A DNA stretch of 64,000 bases from Nageia nagi (taxonomy: Eukaryota > Plantae > Pinophyta), in assembly GCA_050084985.1 (NCBI GenBank), contig JBITNC010000002.1, forward strand, positions 38,750,001 to 38,814,000, in the 5' to 3' direction. A program made the position numbers and the translations under genes. Positions 13,662 through 27,664 of the stretch are shown here, one piece after another (position 1 is the stretch's first letter; every line of letters starts with the position of its first letter). The notes beneath the pieces are model-generated. The model searched no databases. It saw nothing but the letters and a program-made list of their open reading frames with translations, and had not been told where the DNA came from.

Positions 13662-14052
13662 AAAAACTCCCTTAGATTCATGATTGCTTGCAAATAGGGA
13701 ATGATTGTTTGTATTTTATAAATTTACAAGTTTAACTTGAAAGGTAAAATTGAATTTCATTATGCTTTGAGATTGTTAATTATGTTCATTTCATAAGTTG
13801 CATTATCATTTTTATCTGATTAGGTTGCAAATAGAAATGTGCAATGGTGTACATGGTTTGTTGATTGTAATTTTGAAACTTGTACTTTGAAAATAAAATG
13901 AAAATTATATAAATACAATGGAGCAAACATGTAAACCATTCATTTAAATAAAAAAATATAAAATGCATTCATAAGTATACACAAGATTGGGAGCAAAAAA
14001 GAATAATATAATATATAAAAAAATGGGGCGGAACCATGTCTCAAAATACATC

Positions 14053-15900
14053 CTAGTGGCATGCACTATTGCCACTATGCCCTACATCACTAGGCCTAGA
14101 ATTCCTTCTCAACCCACTACTATGCCCAGATATAGACATACCACCTAAAATGTCACTAAAGCTAATATTGTGCGAGTCTAATAAATCCTTGGCTCTCTCA
14201 TACTTCCTACTAAGTACAATGATATATATCTTGATTTTTCTTTTTGATTTTATCAATAATTTATTGGATAAAACCCCACTACTCATTGAGTGAAGATATA
14301 TCCACCCTCTCTTGTAGTCTTTTTAGAGACTACTCCATCTATCCTATCTTAGCATCCCTCACTATAAGAGTATTATATAGAGTAGATAGTTGTGATTCCA
14401 AGATTTGAACCCTTGGCTTAAAAGGCTTTGGGCTCTCCACCTCTGCCTCTAGGACAATAATCTAGGAAGAAGTCTCCCCTATAGAATACACAAATATCAT
14501 AAGTTAATTTTCCATAAATAGTTTAACCTAAAAATCAAAAGTGTCATAAACCAACAAGTATGAGATATGGTGTTACCTACTATAACAAGTGGTATTATCT
14601 CAATCAATACCTCAAATCTTGGTGCTGGTGTATATGAATGATCTTCTACTAGGATATCATGTGTGGGATTACCAATGTTCTATGGGTCCTCATCTAAAGA
14701 CCCCTATGAAGTTGTAGCCATCTCCTCATCCTCCTCCTCCTCATCCTCTTCCATGTCCAAAGTGGCTAGCTAAATAGTCTCCCACCATGCCATATAGCCC
14801 CTCACAATTACAAGAGCCATGGAGGTATCCTTAATGGGATCCATAGTTCAAGGCTACTCCTAGGTAGTATGCCATTTAGGCATAATTCATTCCCCTGGTA
14901 TGATATATCTCTCAATACTCTATCACATATAATATAATGAGGTACATCATAAAATCCCCTACCAAATCCCAAACTATCTAAGCACCCGTTGTTGTAGGTA
15001 CTACTCCATAAGCTTCCTCTAGTTCTAAAGAAATAAAGGTTGCTTGAACCAGACAAGCTGGTGGGCATCCCCCTCCCAAACAAAATTTGTATAGTAGACC
15101 CATACTAAGTCCTCAAAGATCTGATCTATTTCTTACCTCCTTGACTTTAAGGTTTATGGGTACCTATACCTAAGGTGTCTAGACACCCAACATATCAATA
15201 TAATGTCTAATGGATTCTACCTTTTCCTTTAGAGTCCAACTACCCGAATCATAACTATTTTCTCATAGGCCCACACTTATAATAGGCCAAAGTGAGAAAT
15301 GGTGATGTTGAACTTGTTAATGCATACAAAATTATGTAGATCTCTATACAAATATGCCAAAACTAAAGCATGTCCCCTTAGCAAAAATACCTTGTACTAT
15401 CCAAACCATGTTAAGAGGAAAGCTGAATTGCTCTTGTATAGACACAAGTAGGTACAAATACTAGAGATAATGAGAACCATCAAATATCAACTGGATAGGC
15501 AAATTTGCATATCTCAGATAAGTGGGATGCTCTATGATCCCAATCATGGTATCCCTCTCCTAGCAACCATGTCATAATACTTTATTTGTCTTCATTATTT
15601 GAAACCTCATCTTGATGGATAAGCTGAACCTAGATGAGAATCCCCCAAATCCTATATACATCTTGTAAAGTAACAATCATTTCACCTAGCGGTAGGTGAA
15701 AGTTATTTATGTCTAGGTCCCAATGCCTGCCAAGGTGGTAAGGCGCAGAAGGTCAAGTTGAACATGAACGATAATAGCAAGATCATTCAATGTTGATCGC
15801 ATGAGGATATAATCCTCATGATTGAACCTAGACCACTCTTTGGTCTTCTGCAAGGTAGTTGTTGATATGCATCACCCCTAATATTAATTTTATGATCCTT
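14053..15900 (-). pseudogene. Plant Mobile Domain (PMD, aminotransferase-like, MAIN/MAIL-type) ORF, antisense in the outer LTR element; decayed
   Basis: Minus-strand motifs in canonical PMD order: HWDLDINNFHLPLGEMIVTLQDVYRIWGI (~15640-15725), LVLAYLYRDLH (~15335-15370), VWAYE (~15262-15276). An acidic/coiled C-terminal region follows. Confidence 0.85.
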
Positions 15901-18005
15901 CAAAAAATAACAAATAAAATTCATATTAATAATCGAACAAAAGTAAAATATATGATAAAGATTTATAAAACTTATATGAAACCTTGAGAAATAAACATAA
16001 AATGCTTTGTTGGAGGCAAAACACAACATGAAATGGCTAAAAATAGGGAAACGTTAAGGTTTTGAATGGGTTAAGCATGGTAAAAGTTTGCAAAAGAAAT
16101 GAAAAGTTATGACATGCTCAAATGGTAGGCTATGAAGATACTTTGCCACATGCCCTTTCCACCCAGTTAGAGGACTCTCAAATGTGCACCATGCATCATC
16201 ATCCATGGGGGTAAGAAAGTTGAAATGAATTAATGATTGGGGGAAATGAGGATGCAGGTAATAAATGATAGGTCAAAGATCAATGAAAAGCTAGAGGAAT
16301 GGAGTTGTACCCTTTCCAAAACATGCTAGACAATAAAATGATCAAAAGTAATAAGATTAAATGATGGAAAAAGTCTATGAAAATCTTATTTTATTTATTT
16401 ATTCCTAAAACCCTAGGTAAACAAATGCACTTTCAAATGTCAAATCTAATAGAATGATGACTTGTGTGGGGGGAAATGCTTACAATTATTTTAATTGGTT
16501 GTGATTTATTTTTGAATAACCAATTCTACCAATTCCTTCAATTCTATGCCATCAATGGTGTTTGAAATGTCAAATTAAAGAATATCTATATGCATGACAC
16601 TCAAAAATGGTAAATCTAATGATGTTCAATGTTTACATTATGCATATGTAAAGAAATTATTGATTATGTTCCATTTTTCATGTTTATTTATATTAAATGG
16701 ATTCCATTAAGAGCATAATTTATGAAAAATTGGTAAATGTTTCAAGTGCTAAAGTCTAATTCAATTTTAACTTATTCAAAATAAATGCATAAAACTAGAT
16801 GCTAGATGATGAAAAAATGAGATTTTAATTGTCAAATTTAACTTAATTAAATGCATATGTGAAATTTTGATTTTTTCATAGATGCATATTTTTGGACTTA
16901 TCAATATCTGAAATTAAAGTGCTCAATGCCAATCGAATATGCTATTTTTTTGAACAATTAATTTTGTTATTATAATGTTGTTAATGATGTGATTGAAGTG
17001 AAGTTATGAATTTTTTCAAATGTTACTAATTTTATCATGATTATAATAAATCAAAATGATTAATATCATGCTTGTATGATCATTGCATAGACAAAAGGTA
17101 TAGAAGATCAAAATGAATCAAATCAATCATTCATGTGAAAAAATTTATGATATGAAAAATGGTCTTTCATGGATTTATGATGCAAAATTATTTATATTGC
17201 TATTAATGGAAAATGGTTCAAAATTGAAAACCTAATCTTATTATCTCCATGTTGTCAATGATGTATCTTTACTATAAATTCATTACAAATTAGGTATGTT
17301 TTCAATTCATTGAATATTTATTTGAAACTGCCTTTAGTTCTTAAAAATGTATTATAATGATAATGCTGAACAAAATTGCAAAATATATGATTACCAAATC
17401 ATACAAAATTAATTCAATGTGATCAAATATACAAAATTGATATGTTAGGCCAATAAATATTTGAATATTTGCTATTTTTATAAAAATCAAATGATATTAT
17501 CTCAATATTTTCAATGTTATGATAATGAATCTTTTCAAGGCCATGGTCACTCCATGAGTAAAATCTCTCAAATTATAGGTTATTCTAAGCTTGAGGCATC
17601 AAAATACCTCATTAGTTTGATAATCTTGGTTTAATATAACTATTAGTTACATCAACCATAGTAACACAATGAATAACATATTTATTTCATCCTTGATCTT
17701 TCAATTGATTATTCTTTCATGGGATGTGATTTATGGGGTATTATGTTGGATTATTCTCAAAAAGGTATTATCTAGGAAAGCAAGACACGAATAGAGGTGC
17801 TCTCCACATACAGGGATTTTGATTTTGGCTTGATTCCTTGAATAAGTTAAAGCAAGAGGAAATTCAAGACCAAATGGGGGTAGAAGACATATACTACACA
17901 ACATATAGATTGAAAAAGGGAATTCTACTTTACTAGTGAAAAGTTTCTTCTATTCTCTAAACTTCTTTGGATTATTTACTTTGAAATGCTTTTCATTTCA
18001 CATCT

Positions 18006-18660
18006 AAAGAGGGGAAAAATGTAAATGCCTAAAAATTATTTATTATTTATTTAATAAATCATATTTAGATTTCCTAAATGATTTATTTCAATATTTCAAA
18101 TGTCAAGATAAAATTGATATTACAATCCAATGCCATGTGTTATGTTAAATGCTATATCATTTATCATAGTTTTATATTTTAAACTATCTTGAATACAACA
18201 ATGATTATATTATTGCTAGAGATTGACCTTCACTCCTTTCTATGTATTTGCAGGCTATATATGAGAGTAGAATAGGTTGACCTCAATAGATCAAACATTT
18301 TTGATATGATAATATTTCTGATAGGTAGTTATCTTCCACAATCTTCATTAAGCTATAGTGTCTTTCAATGCCATCTATTATGAGAAATTGTTATACCCTC
18401 AACTCTAAGCTCTGGAACTTCTTTGGTGCACATCATAATTCTACTTATTCCACATTGCTAATGGTGTGCATATTCTAGATTGAGGGTTCTTTATTTCGAT
18501 GGTCAAGCTGTTGATTCATGTACACAAAGATCCATTATGAACTCATCATGAATCCAATCCTAACCCTTTAGAAAATTATGACAATCATATATACTATTTT
18601 CCTCATATCTCATTCTAGCATTAGAACATAGAGATTTATACTAGGCATAAGTAACATCAT
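18006..18660 (+). mobile_element. PPT and 3' LTR of the outer gag/PMD gypsy element (end approximate)
   Basis: aaagaggggaaaaa is followed directly by TGTAAATGCCTAAAAATT at 18020. Candidate end ...gtaaca/catca near 18656-18659. Confidence 0.55.
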
Positions 18661-21600
18661 GATCCTTTAAAAATTATCTAATTTATTTAATAAATGTGCT
18701 CTTTTATTATTTTGTTTCAAACTAATTAAATAATAACTTAAAATAGAATGCATTCTAATATTTAAACAAAATTCATTCTTCCATGTATTGGTAAATTTAT
18801 TACATTTTAGTTTAATCTAGATAATAAACATATTACTTAATTATTGAAAATTCAATTTAACTAAACTGATATGCCCACTAAGATGAGGTATTTGTAGCCT
18901 TGCAGCGTGATAAGATCCTAAAAATAATCCCAATTCCCAAACAAGAAGGCTTCACACAAATGGAGTTGACAATCTTTTTGTCCACCTTCAATGTCCACAA
19001 GAGGGCTCTGGAGGTACTCAAACACCAGAACCTAGACAAGCATACTTTTGTCCAAGTGACATACCCTATAGAGGATGCAGATGATTGACATGGCATGACA
19101 AACCATAATGTTTGATCCTTTTTTGTAAATATGTATCAAATGTCCAAATTTTGAAAATAAAAAATGTAAGATAGATTTTGAGCGCCCTCTAAAAAACATC
19201 CCCTTTAATAAATTTACCTTTACAAAAACAAAATGATATACCCACTCTTTCTTTTATTGCTGAAATAAATACAAATTTAATAAACATGTTCTCTACATAT
19301 TACACATACATATATGAAATCAGTTCACATAATAAACATATCTTTCTCTGAGATCTAGAGAGAAAAATATACTTAAATACCCTTATTATTTTATATGCAA
19401 TTTCTATACTTTATTAGGAAAGTGATTGGCTATTGTTTCACAATGAAACTCAACAACACAATCTTTTCTGATGTGATGCCATTATGTGCACTCATGAGTA
19501 AGTGTTTTACATACTTACAAAATCTATTATGCAATATAATAATGCTATATGATTTAAAGGCATATTTCAGCAAGTTAAATAATTACTTTTACTCCCATAG
19601 GCAATGAATCATTTTTAGTAGTGTTTACATGAAAATAGAAATATAGTCCATACATCTTTGGGTATTACTTTTCAATGATAGGAGAGGTCTAATATTTTGT
19701 TACCATATTTTGACTAAGTAAATTGATGAGCTAACACTTTGAACTTGATCATTTACCAATTGCAGAAGATATTATGTTCATTAAATTTAAAGCAGAATTG
19801 AGATTTCGATATAATGAACAATGGACGACTTTCCATTGTATGATTTGCATGAAAATCTTATTTAAAATGACAATATAAAAAGGTAATCTGAATCAATGCT
19901 AATATTTTCTCTTTTCTTTTCTTTTGACTAGAATCCAAACATTTCATTAACATGTTGTATAGAAAATGAACTGTTAGCATATGTGTTCATGAGCAAATGG
20001 ATTGTAAATCATGTCATACTCAATTAATTTGATTCAAAGTAAACAATATTCCTCTACATGAGTGATTGGCATGATCTAGTGCTATATGAAGATGAAATTC
20101 AAATCAGAGATAATATTCCTTTCTCATGTCATATATGACTTTAATATCATGTCATATGTAAAAGGAGAATATATTACTTTAATATCATGCAATATGTAAA
20201 TAGTTTATTAAATCTTCTACAATGTATTTTTTGGAACTACTATCGTGGGATTCATATGAGTAAAAGGAATGTAGAGCATGTTAAATTCAGATTTGAACTT
20301 TAATGCAGAACATATAACTTCCATTAGTAACATCCTATGTTTTATTTATAACATGAAGATGGACAATCTAAACAATTGTATCTAATTATATTTTTCCTTT
20401 AAGAAAAAGAAAGAGGTTATTAATATGCATCAGGTAAATGTATTTATGAAAATATGCATGTTATATGATAAGAATATTCAATAAGGTTATATTAACCTTC
20501 TAAATTAAATTTCTATGGAACACTATTGTAATTATTTTTCACCAGAGTAATTTAAAATAAAAAGATATATAATCACAATGCTTATAGCTCTATTCAACAT
20601 CTTGTAGCTGATATAGATTGCGAAGGATATGAAATTGATCAACTCAAATTTAGTTTATGTTACATAAATGCCTCGTAAAGGAATCCATTGGGTGCTAAGA
20701 AAATTATCTTTGCGATTGGATTTGCACGTAGTCTAGGGTCATAAGCACCCGCTATATGGTCATAGAGGAGTTGTGTGCTTATCACAACCGCCTACTTATA
20801 CGATTTGGGTCGGGATATTGTCCAACATTGGGGAAATTTGGCCATATGTCCTTCTCATTTGCCTTTGCCGTTAGTGCAAAAGGTAATTTTGGTATAAGTT
20901 AGGAGCCATATAATTTAATACAACCCCTATTTTTTATGAAGCAAGAAAAATAGCAGTGATACCATACTTCACAAATTTGAACCGGCCACTCTAGTCCAGC
21001 AGAGAATAACAGACACATCGTATACAATTATATTTGAATGAAATTGCATCAACTGACTTTAAAATTCAAGAACTACCACTATAACATGCAAGACAACTCA
21101 AGAAAATAATTCTGGAGGGATTTTGAGCTTACTTGAAAGCTTAACTCACTAGTTCTTCTACACTCCCGAATTCTTCTTCCTTGGTTCGCACGGGGTCTCT
21201 ATCCCTATTTATACCCTAAGATTGTCGGATGAAAATAAAGACATATAAATGTGAGATTATCTAGTTGTGATCAAGATTCTATTTAATTCATAAATGTAGG
21301 AGGTATTGTGGGCGTCTAAGCTTTATTCTTTTTCTCTAATGAACCTTCGAAACAACATTCCTTATTCCTTTGATTTATTTTATTTATGCATGAAGTTTGG
21401 GCGAGGGACAGCTTGAGTGCGAGCATGTATTCGGGTTTGAATTCTTTATTAATTCTCATACCTAGGGTTTTCTCATCACTTTAAAATATTACTTCTATAC
21501 TATGCATCCTCCTACTGTGATTAGTCACTCACATAACATTAGAAGTTCAGAATATTAAATACTTCTTCATATGCTCTTGTGGTGTTTTTATCCATATGTT

Positions 21601-22172
21601 TTAATATTTAATATGATGTGAATTCTATATGCTAACATTAATATATTTTTACATGTTTCTAATGTTTGATATTTATTTCTTTGGTAACAAGTTTATTCAC
21701 ATGTAGGAGTATTTTAGTGATGTGAATATTCTTTTGAACATGTACTCATTATGATTTGATTGATGCATGTAGACTTATGAGATGCGTTCGAATTTAAGTA
21801 ATGTAATGCAGACAATGTTCAATAATATGTTCGAGAGGTGAGGTATCAATGATAATTTGAATATATACATGTGGAAAAGCTTGGATTAGAGAGAGCCCTT
21901 CCCCCTGACTGGCGCAAACTCTAGTCAATCCTTTCAGCTGATGTCAAGCTCTAAGTCTTCAACAATGAGGTTGAGGGCTATCTAATCACTCATCAACGTT
22001 CAGTGTTAAAAGAGACTAGTTTATGAGGTTGAATGACTCATCCTTGCAGAAGATGTTATACACTTCTATTTTATTCAGTTTTTTCTGTTATTTTGTTGGA
22101 TACTTTTGACCCTTTAACTTACTGCTTAAAATGTACTATTTTAAAATTCATCAACAAGATCTGTACATATAT

Positions 22173-22916
22173 TGATGTTACGAATTTAATTGTACCATAC
22201 AAACATGTTACTCACATCCTATTTATCCAAAGTGCAAAATAAATTTTTAACTAATATCTAAAACAGTGATCATCACATCCACTTATAGTCTCATTGTCTC
22301 AAGAATGCGATCCTCACGGGGTAGGCCACGATAGATGATGACTATGTCTACAATATAGAATGAGGAAAACATCGTGGGCCTATGACCCATTTGGGTGATT
22401 CCATACGTATGTATAACGGTGGAGATCTAGATCTAGAGAATATTAAGTCTGAACCATAGATTAGATTTAGAAAGTCATACAAGGAGAATGCCAGACCCAT
22501 TTGGGCATTCAAGGTCTGTATTAAGTTTGAGTTTTTGAGTATTAGGAAGTGCAAGTGTAGGTTTGGCAGTATTGTAAGACCTGAGAGTTTATGCTCGTCG
22601 CACACTGCTATTCTGTTAATAGGTATATGATATAAGAAAGACCTACAAGTTTATCCTCTTGGCACACTGTTATCCTGTAATAGGTATATGATATGAGAAG
22701 CCATGTCTGGCTAAGTTTGTAATAGAGGACACGAGCTTTGTGTCTACTTACACTTAGTTGATAGGCGGTATTCGAGGCTGTGAGTCTGATGGACAGAGTT
22801 GGGAGATGATCCCTCGTGAGTCTGTACGTTAGGTCGTCAAAGTAGTAGAATTAAGAGTGACAAGCACCAGTTCGTGTCTCTGGTATAGACTGAAGTCTCT
22901 CTGTAATTCGACATCA
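22173..22916. repeat. Putative solo-LTR-like segment with an internal ~38-bp direct repeat
   Basis: Imperfect inverted termini tgatgttacgaatt / aattcgacatca. Internal repeat (core aataggtatatgatat) at ~22601 and ~22663. No clear TSD. Confidence 0.3.
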
Positions 22917-23970
22917 ATGTATTTTTCTTTTCACTACACATTTTCATACAATTTAGCATAGGCTTTTGAGTTCACGGACATTATACCATGGCTTTTTGTT
23001 GTGTGTTAATTTGCTGGGAATTGGAAATCCTCTTTAAGGATCTGCACCGACTCCCACTGCGTTAAAATAGTTTTTGCGTTAAAGTTATTCTTGTGCTTAT
23101 GCTTATGAATCGAACAACATATTAAGTATATTAGAAACTTCTTTGACCATTTCCGTGAGATCAAGGACTTCAATTAATATTTTACTTTTTTTGATCTTTA
23201 TTGATCCAACTGCATCAAAATGAAGATATTGTGATTTTCATCATGAAGTTTAAATAAAAATCTTAACTTTTTAAATTAAAAAAAGAGTTCTTAAAATAGA
23301 ATAGGATAAAACTCTTGATTGGATGTAGAAAGCTTTAAATTTGTAATTCTTATATATCCAAAATTTGGGCAGTGATGAAGCACGAGGAAAGTTTATAATT
23401 CTGAGAAAGGGAGCAAGAAATGATAGCATGAAGTGTAATTCGAATTGTTCATTTTCAAGTTTTGTTTTAGGTTCGTTTATGTTAGGTGAGTTGTGTGTGA
23501 AATTTTTTCTTGTGAGACATAAGGGTTCAAATCTCTCCACCTATGAACGTAAAGAAGGTATGGAAAATCTATTCAATAGACAATGCAAATGCAATTCACA
23601 AAGTATTAAAATACTATTCAATAGAAAATACAAATACAATCTAGTCCCACAAAATGAATTTATGGAAGAGAACCCCTAAACGTGAAATCTATAAAAATAT
23701 TCCCCAACCTTGCAATAAACAAAATAATGCTTTACTCCACGACTGCTCTTTTAACAGTGCTGATAAATTCCAGCGTTTAGAACACCCTTGAAATCAAACA
23801 GAGAACCCAAAGGTTTCCATAAAGAGCCAAAATAGTTGTAAAAACCACTGAGAATTCAGAAATCTCATATTATATATGTACATAATGCATTTTCACACCA
23901 GTACATCAACACCTCCAGCAGCCTTCATCTTTTCCATAATATTATCAGCTTCTTCTAACTTACATCGTGC

Positions 23971-24110
23971 TTTATAAACTTGTATTGAGTCGAACAGAGC
24001 AACAACAACAAAAAACGAATAAAATAGACGTCTGCTCCAGTCAGAAGGAAATTGTTTTGCAGGTTCACGTCTAGAGGTTACCTGTTCACGTCGACATGCA
24101 ACACCATGCA
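23971..24110 (-). promoter_or_regulatory. Candidate ABA/seed-type promoter pointing away from the dioxygenase gene
   Basis: Palindromic TTTATAAA at 23971-23978. ACGT cores at 24028, 24067 and 24088; gttcacgtc is repeated at 21-bp spacing. RY motifs CATGCA at 24095 and 24105. CpG is retained locally. Confidence 0.45.
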
Positions 24111-27100
24111 AAAGAGTCGTAATTTTCGTGTTGACTCCTCTCTGCCATTAAAGATTAAGAATTACGAAATTATATGGTTATTATTATTATTATTTGCAAG
24201 GTTTTATTTGAGAATAATAAGGACATGGTTGAAAGAAACATTCATTTGAAAAGAATTATTTTTGTTTTGTTTATTTGTAGTGTGTATTTGCTAAAAAAAA
24301 AATTAAGTGCTAAATTAATAAAAAAATTTAATGAATGTTGATTAGGTTGTGTGAAATTAACTAATATAATTAGGTTAACTATCATAACATACAAAAATTA
24401 TGATAAGAGTATATGAAGTGATTTAAAGATAAATTAAGTTGTGTAAAATAAATGGTATATATTTATGGATGATTGTTTTGATTTTAATTTGAATATTGAC
24501 TTTTTATTTTTCTATTGATAGGATTTGATCTAAGCTTCAAAATAAGAAGATCAAATATTGGCTACCTAGGTTAATATGTAGCTCTTAAGGGATTTTCCAT
24601 GAGACATGTATCTTTAATGATTGAAGAAAAGAGGTAATTAATCAATTGACCACATAGATATTTATTTATTTCATGCAAAATAAATAGTAATATAATATAT
24701 CTTATATCATCTTACCACAAAAGAATCTTGTCCAACAACCTATCCTAATGTGTCCATAAAACTTCTAACCATAAAAATTATGGGAATGATTTCATAAACT
24801 AATGAGAGATGTGTTTCCTATTTTCTTACATATCCTTTTGAGAGATGTTTCCTATTTTGGTTTATCATGAATTCCCTAAAAGGGAGGCAAGCTATATATT
24901 TTATTAAAGTTTTCAATGCATCTCATGGTAATTATAATATTTTTATGCTAAATTTATGAATTTATATGATATTTTGTAAAACCCACCTTAATGATTTCCA
25001 AGATTAAAAATTTCTACATCATACTATGTGTCATTGGAATTACTCTTTATGATTTGTTATGAAATGCATTTTTTTAAATTAATTAATTTATTATTGTATC
25101 ATTTTATATGCAAATATTACTTTCATGTAAGTTTTCACACTTCCTTAAGTGGTTGGTATTTTGGCACATGGTTATTGTCATGCTTTATCATTCAAATATA
25201 AATGTTTTGGTTGGGTTTATGCACATATATTTCAAATGCATTTTGAAAATACTTTTTACTATTTTTAATGTTTTTTTTAATGATGTTTTTACAAGATTAT
25301 TTAATAGATTCATATGTTTTTCTATTTTATTGAAACATAAGTAAAGGTATTTCTTTGGGCTAATTTATATTTCAATGAAGGTGAAATATAAAATTTTTAA
25401 AAAATATCACCCATTTGTTTTTAAAATTAATTAATTGACTTTTTCTTATAATTTTAATATAGTTTTATTAATTTATTTAATTAATAAAAATATCTTAATT
25501 AGTGGGATGAATTTATCAAAGAAAATTCTATAATTTAAATTTCTTTTATATAAGAAGTTTATAAAAATATATTAGATTTTATAGAGGAATGAATCTTATG
25601 ATTGAGTATCTTTTCTTTTCTAGTATTATCTTGTCACTCATAATCTTATTTTATGCCAATATAACAAATGGATTATAAGATCCCATCATAATAGATTATT
25701 GATCATCATTTTTGTAGGTCTCAAAAAATGTAACATTATTAAAATAACCCTAATCTTAAGAAAAGTTATAATCATAGAAAATTTTATACTTGATGTTAGA
25801 TCCAATTAGGATATCCTCTTATTGAAAACCTTGTCACGTTCCCCATAGTTATCATCTACTCTCCATACCACTATAACTTTTAGGTTTTCCTTCATCCCCA
25901 TATAAATAAAGCCAAAATTTAGCTATAAATCTCCATTAAAGTATCTTACATTTTGATTACTTAAACAATGAAATAAGAATTTGTCTCTTCACCAAAAAGA
26001 TCGATTGGATGGCTAAATATCTTAACCAAACCAAATCCTAAAGAAAAATTAAGAAACCAATAAATCAAAATTCAATAATTTAGCATTGAAGACATAAACT
26101 AAACTATATCTAAATAGAAATTAAGGAGCTAATTAACCAAAATTAATTAAGTACCATAAAAAATGTAATTACTCAATCCTGTAGAACCATACTTTTATGA
26201 TATCTTTATTATTTTCATAAGTTTTTGTTCTAATGAGCTGGTCTTTATTATGTAACTAATTTTTATATGATTACTTCAACTCTCTTTTTGCTTGACAAAA
26301 TACTATAATAATACTTGTATTTTATCTTTCAAAAATGAAAAGATGTAATTATTTAAAAAATAAAAATATGTTTTATTTAAATTATTCTTCATTTGCATAC
26401 ATTCAATATTAAAAAAAAAGTATGTATAATATAAAAATAATCTTACCGTATACTTTATTTTATTTTTGTTGGTAGTTTATCCTTACAAATCTATACCTTG
26501 AAATAAGATTCTATGTTACGGAATTATCTTTTAGGGTTCTCTTTCGTGTCTAACCTCATGTAGAAACCTTCAACTAGACTTTGTAACATGTCATCAACAT
26601 GTGAGAGGGGAGAATTTTGTAATATATATATCTTCTTTTAATAATTCTCTAATATCTTCATCATTTTCATTATTTTTATTTATTTTTGTTTTTTTATTGA
26701 ATTCAACATAGTTTTTTTATTGTATACTTTCTCATAATTTTAAATATTTATCTCCTAAAAATACATGATAGAAACCTCTTAATTATCCCTTATATAAACA
26801 ATTTTAAATTTTAACTTTTACTTCTAAATTTATTCAATGAACCAAGAGACACCACATCTACTTTGATGCTTCAAGATAATTCCAATGTATTGTACTCTCT
26901 AAACTTATATGCATAAAAAATTTATTATTCCTCAATGAATCAAAACATTATTTATCATTCAAACAAAACTTCACAATATACTTTACAAACATTTTAAAGT
27001 AAAAATTATCCTACTTTTGAATTAGAATAAAACAAAAAAATACCTAACTATTCAACACCCTAAAATCAAGAATATAAAATATTGTTGTACTATTATATCC

Positions 27101-27189
27101 GTTACAAGTAAAAAAACTACCTCCAACCCATTTTAAATCAACCTACAGTAACTATCCAATTCTCCTAATGGAAATTGTCATTTCAAATA

Positions 27190-27545
27190 CTGGCTCCCAC
27201 GCGTGCCGCAATGCACTGCATGTTATATCTGACTCCTGTCGGTAGTGGATTGGTGATTTTGGACATAACTCGCCTTTAAAACATTTGACTTGAAAATTTA
27301 AGATTGAAAAACACATGGTGCAATGTGGTGGTTATAAAATCGTGGGCGGAATCGGAATCAGTTGACAATTTCTGCCGCGCCCCCCATCTCAACTGTGAAA
27401 TTTTCAAGGAAATGGTGCTGCAGCCCAACTCCACTAAAAGTCAACACAAAGCTTCAGATTTATTCTTGCGTATGCGTTTTACAATTCTCTTGGTTAGCCA
27501 GAGTTTGGATTCTATATCGTCTCTTTTAGGCCTATAAATACAGGC
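27190..27545 (+). promoter_or_regulatory. Promoter of the dioxygenase gene
   Basis: TATAAATA at 27533-27540; CACGCGTG (CGCG/CE3-like) at 27198-27205; DRE core (rc ACCGAC) at 27238-27243; W-box TTGACT at 27285-27290. CpG-rich relative to the flanks. Confidence 0.65.
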
Positions 27546-27664
27546 AGGGAATGTCCAAGTTTCATATGAAGTTTGCTATGGTTAGAGTCTGAAAGAATCT
27601 CATATAAGGATTTCTTGGGCTTTTATCTGCATTGTCCTATAGATTTCAATTTTATAGTTTTTAA

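Noticed and set aside
18878-19096. Overlapping 62-72 aa ORFs in a slightly GC-richer patch
   Set aside because: No recognisable domain, splice structure or promoter; probably a TE fragment.
20950-20970. PBS-like rc TGGTATCAC suggesting an LTR element or endogenous caulimovirid
   Set aside because: Only 8 nt match, with no adjacent CA LTR end and no viral or pol motifs nearby.
20600-24200. Conserved miRNA, tRNA or snRNA genes
   Set aside because: No match by eye to conserved plant miRNA or structural RNA sequences and no long hairpin seen. An Rfam/miRBase scan would be needed to exclude them fully.
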